Assembly: GCF_009914755.1 (NCBI RefSeq)
Contig: NC_060932.1
From: the human T2T-CHM13v2.0 reference genome, Homo sapiens
DNA: 64,000 nucleotides
Strand: one strand, 5' to 3'
Part shown: piece by piece, positions 57,000 through 64,000 of the stretch
Layout: every line of letters starts with the position of its first letter
Position numbering within the stretch: the first letter of the stretch is position 1
Translations under genes and position numbers: made by a program
Notes under the pieces: generated by a model
Database searches by the model: none
The model's input: only the letters and a program-made list of their open reading frames with translations
What the model was told of the DNA's origin: nothing

Positions 57000-57500
57000 T
57001 GGTGTTTGCAAGAAAGACAAAGAGATTTAGAGTTTCCATCAAGTTTGTTGTGAGTTACTAGGAGGTAGTGCCAGAGAAGCAACATGGCATTAGGCTGCAT
57101 GGGTAGAAGTATAGTACTGAGAACACGGGAGAGCATCGGTTTTGTTGTACTTGGGACTAAACATTCTGAGGGTCCTGGACGTTTTATGAGAGGCTTTGGT
57201 AAACTGAAGAGTGATGTAGGTACAGATGCACAGATGTAGAACAGTGGACAGAAATGGAAATATTTAACCTGGAGAGGAATTTAGGTTGGAGGAAGGGAAC
57301 ACAGTTGTTTTTAGTTTTTTGCAGGTATGGAATTTGTACTGCAATTAAGGAACAGGGAAAAGTCCTCTCTGTCCTTCGCACGGCTGTTTATTAGGTATTT
57401 CAGTTAGAGTGTATAGGTCTCAGGAAGCCATGAGGATCTTCTCTGGGTGGTGACAGGACTCACATCATCTCCGTTATGGCCCTGCAACAAAACTTCACAA
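57000..57500 (+). mobile_element. L3/CR1 LINE remnant
   Basis: TTAGGCTGCAT..TAGAAGTATAGT..AGAACACGGGAG and ATATTTAACCTGGAGA resemble the L3 3' ORF region. Confidence 0.55.
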
Positions 57501-57786
57501 TTCTGTATGTTTCCTGCCTAGTAAGCTCCCACCTGTTCTGTGGTAATTAATCTCATACTCAACCATGGAGTTGTTTCTAGATCTTGGTGTGTTGTCCTCC
57601 CTCCCCTTTGCCTAAAATCAATAACCTGAGCACACCTAAAGGTGTCTTCAGGCCTCGATGTGCCCTGTGAATTGTGCGGGGTTCTAGGGTCTCTGTACGT
57701 AAGGAGATGGTCTGCATTTGCCTGGCCCCTCTTGCAGGAAGAGCAGCAGCGGTTGCCTCGCCTCCGGTCCTCAGCTTGGTCCTTAG

Positions 57787-58201
<415 letters not shown>

Positions 58202-59669
58202 AGCATCAATACTTTTTTTAAAAAGTGCCCTGTATTTTCCTCATGCCCTGGAGATAATGGAGCCGTCTTTTACTCACTGCCCACTTCTCATCTCTGTCTG
58301 CTCCTGCTTCCTCTTGTTGGCTTCCTGTGCCTCCCTCCAACCTTCTCCTACCCCCCTGCAGTGTTTTAAACTCTCTTTTCTTCTTAATTTCTGTTCGCCT
58401 CAACCAACCCTAAAGTGCTCTTGTACTCACAGTTAGGCTTTTATAATTGCTTGATCAGTTTACCAGTCAATTTCAGTATTTTGTTGAGCTTTGACAAAGA
58501 TTTTTATTCTAATTCTATGGAGCCCATGTAATAATTGTTTTTTCAGCTTCTGCTTGTGACTTCTCTACTTCAAAAAATGTACGTGCTTGTTTCTGCCAGT
58601 TACATCCCATGTTTCATTGGATGTGTGTACTGTGTTCACATCGAGTTGGCCCCACCGCTGAGTGGGTTATTGATGATCTCAAGAGTCCAGTAGAAATGAA
58701 GGGTAGAAACTTAGCCACATCCTGGTTTGTGTTTTGCCTAACAGAGGGGTTTCACTTTCCTCTTTGGTAAGATGAATATGCTTGATAATAGAATAGCATT
58801 AAGGTTGGCTTTTTTCTCCCTCAAATGATTAAACTGTAGTTTCATATGTAAATGCCAGTAAATTAGAATCATTCTAGTAGGGAAGATAAAGTAAATAAGT
58901 AAAAATATAGTATGTTAGTAGGAAATCGTGCTAGAGAGAGAGAGCTCAAGCAGGACAGGAGGGGCCTAGAGATTGCTTGGGATTTGATGAAGAGACAGGA
59001 CTGTTTTAGAGAGGCTGCTCACGGCAGTGCCTCTGAGCAGGTAGCACTGGAGCCGATCCTCTGCTGCGATGAGGTGGCAAGCCAAGAACATCATGAGGGA
59101 GGGAAGGGCAGTCCCAGAAGAGAGAGCACAGTGCAGGTGCCAGGTGGGGACCACGGGACACTGGAACTGCCTTGGTGTGTTTATTTCCAAATAGTGTCTG
59201 GCATTACACTGAGATGAGGAGACTTTTTTGTTTTTCATTTTTTGTTTTTTTTTCCCGGGGTAGGGGTGCTTATTGGATTTCTTCAGGAGATTCAGCCTCT
59301 TGAAAAATATGAAATATAGACAAGTATATATACATAAAGATATATTTGAGTATTTTAAACTTTATATAGCCAAGTATCTTAAACTCTGCACACTTGAATT
59401 TTTAATCCTCGTGTATATCCATTATGATTATTTCTATTAGTTCCAGTTTGAGGTTGGTGATGATATTGTCATAGAAGCTTTGTCAGGCTTCACATTGTAG
59501 CAGCTGGTCTGGAAGGTGGGGCATATCCTTGTTCAATGTGACTACTTTAGTTGCCTGTCCAATATGAAGTAGAAAAGCAGATTTCTGGATTACAGTATTT
59601 GTCAACATAGAATTTGCCGATTTAAAAAAAAACAAAAAATCTTTATGTTTATAATGACAAGGTCCATAA

Positions 59670-60092
<423 letters not shown>

Positions 60093-60981
60093 TAGTGAGC
60101 TTGTTTATTCCATTGCTACATGAATTGTGTGTTACTTTTTCCTGTCTAGTTTTCCCCTGGAAAACAGAATCAACCATACCAAATATTAGTGAGGGTCCAA
60201 GTCAGATTAAATAGTATGAGTCAATCTGCCCTCAAAATAAATATGAACTAAAATGAGATGCTAACAGATTGACAGTGATTACCAATGGTAAACAGACCAT
60301 GAGGAGAGGTTTAAGCTGTCACTAACTTTTTGAAGAACAATTACATTATTTACCAATTATGGTGGCCTGATACCTAAAGAATTGGCCTGATATCTAAAGA
60401 ATATCTTATTTTCTAAATAAGAGTGCCAATGGAAAAATGTCAAAATCTTATACCTGCCACTGCTTACGCACCCATTGGCTAGTAGTCAGCAGTGACAGTA
60501 ATTGTGAGACTCCTGTCATTTTGGGCAGGTGGAGGGGCCTGTGAGGGCCAAAATCTAGCCATGCTGACATGATTATGCCTCCTGTCATCCTGCTGAATGG
60601 TTCAGCTATATAACTAAAGTATTCTATCTCTGGTTAGTGTTGATTTGGGGCAAATATGAGATCTGTAAAGTAAAATGGACAAATAATAGTTTCGTAGCAC
60701 ATTCAGCTTTGCCTCCTTCCTAGAGACTGATCTTCAGTGACGTTTTACCAGGCAGCCTGACTGGTTTCATGTCTTCTGTCTGTAATAGTGGGTGTCCCAT
60801 AAAAAGGCAAGACCGTATTTTCAAAGGAGCTGGGCTTGGAGACTTAAGATCACTGAAAGAGACTGTGGCAACAGCAGTTCATCTGGATTGGCCTTGTGTC
60901 TGGGATGGAAGAGATGAAAAACAATTGATTATCACTCACTTTATGGCACACTCTGTGCTATTGAATATTGAATATCCCATT

Positions 60982-64000
<3,019 letters not shown>

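Overview
Primate (probably human or great-ape) genomic DNA that looks like the interior of a large intron. It is repeat-rich: about 25 Alus (J, S and Y classes), old L1M, L2, L3 and MIR fragments, MaLR and ERV solo LTRs, and MER/Tigger DNA-transposon relics. I found no credible host protein-coding exon and cannot name the host gene. The antisense bias of L1s and LTRs and the T/G-rich + strand suggest transcription on +. The only real protein homologies are a full-length, dead RPL17 processed pseudogene (7373-7976, minus strand) and a young L1PA element at the right end with a twin-priming-type inversion and a missing 3' end. The most unusual structure is a ~185-bp inverted duplication that I do not recognise as a known repeat (54309-54492 vs 55824-55997), with one copy inserted into an L2. 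I see no convincing evidence of a novel biological system. Repeat subfamily calls come from recalled consensus motifs and boundaries are approximate unless TSDs are quoted.
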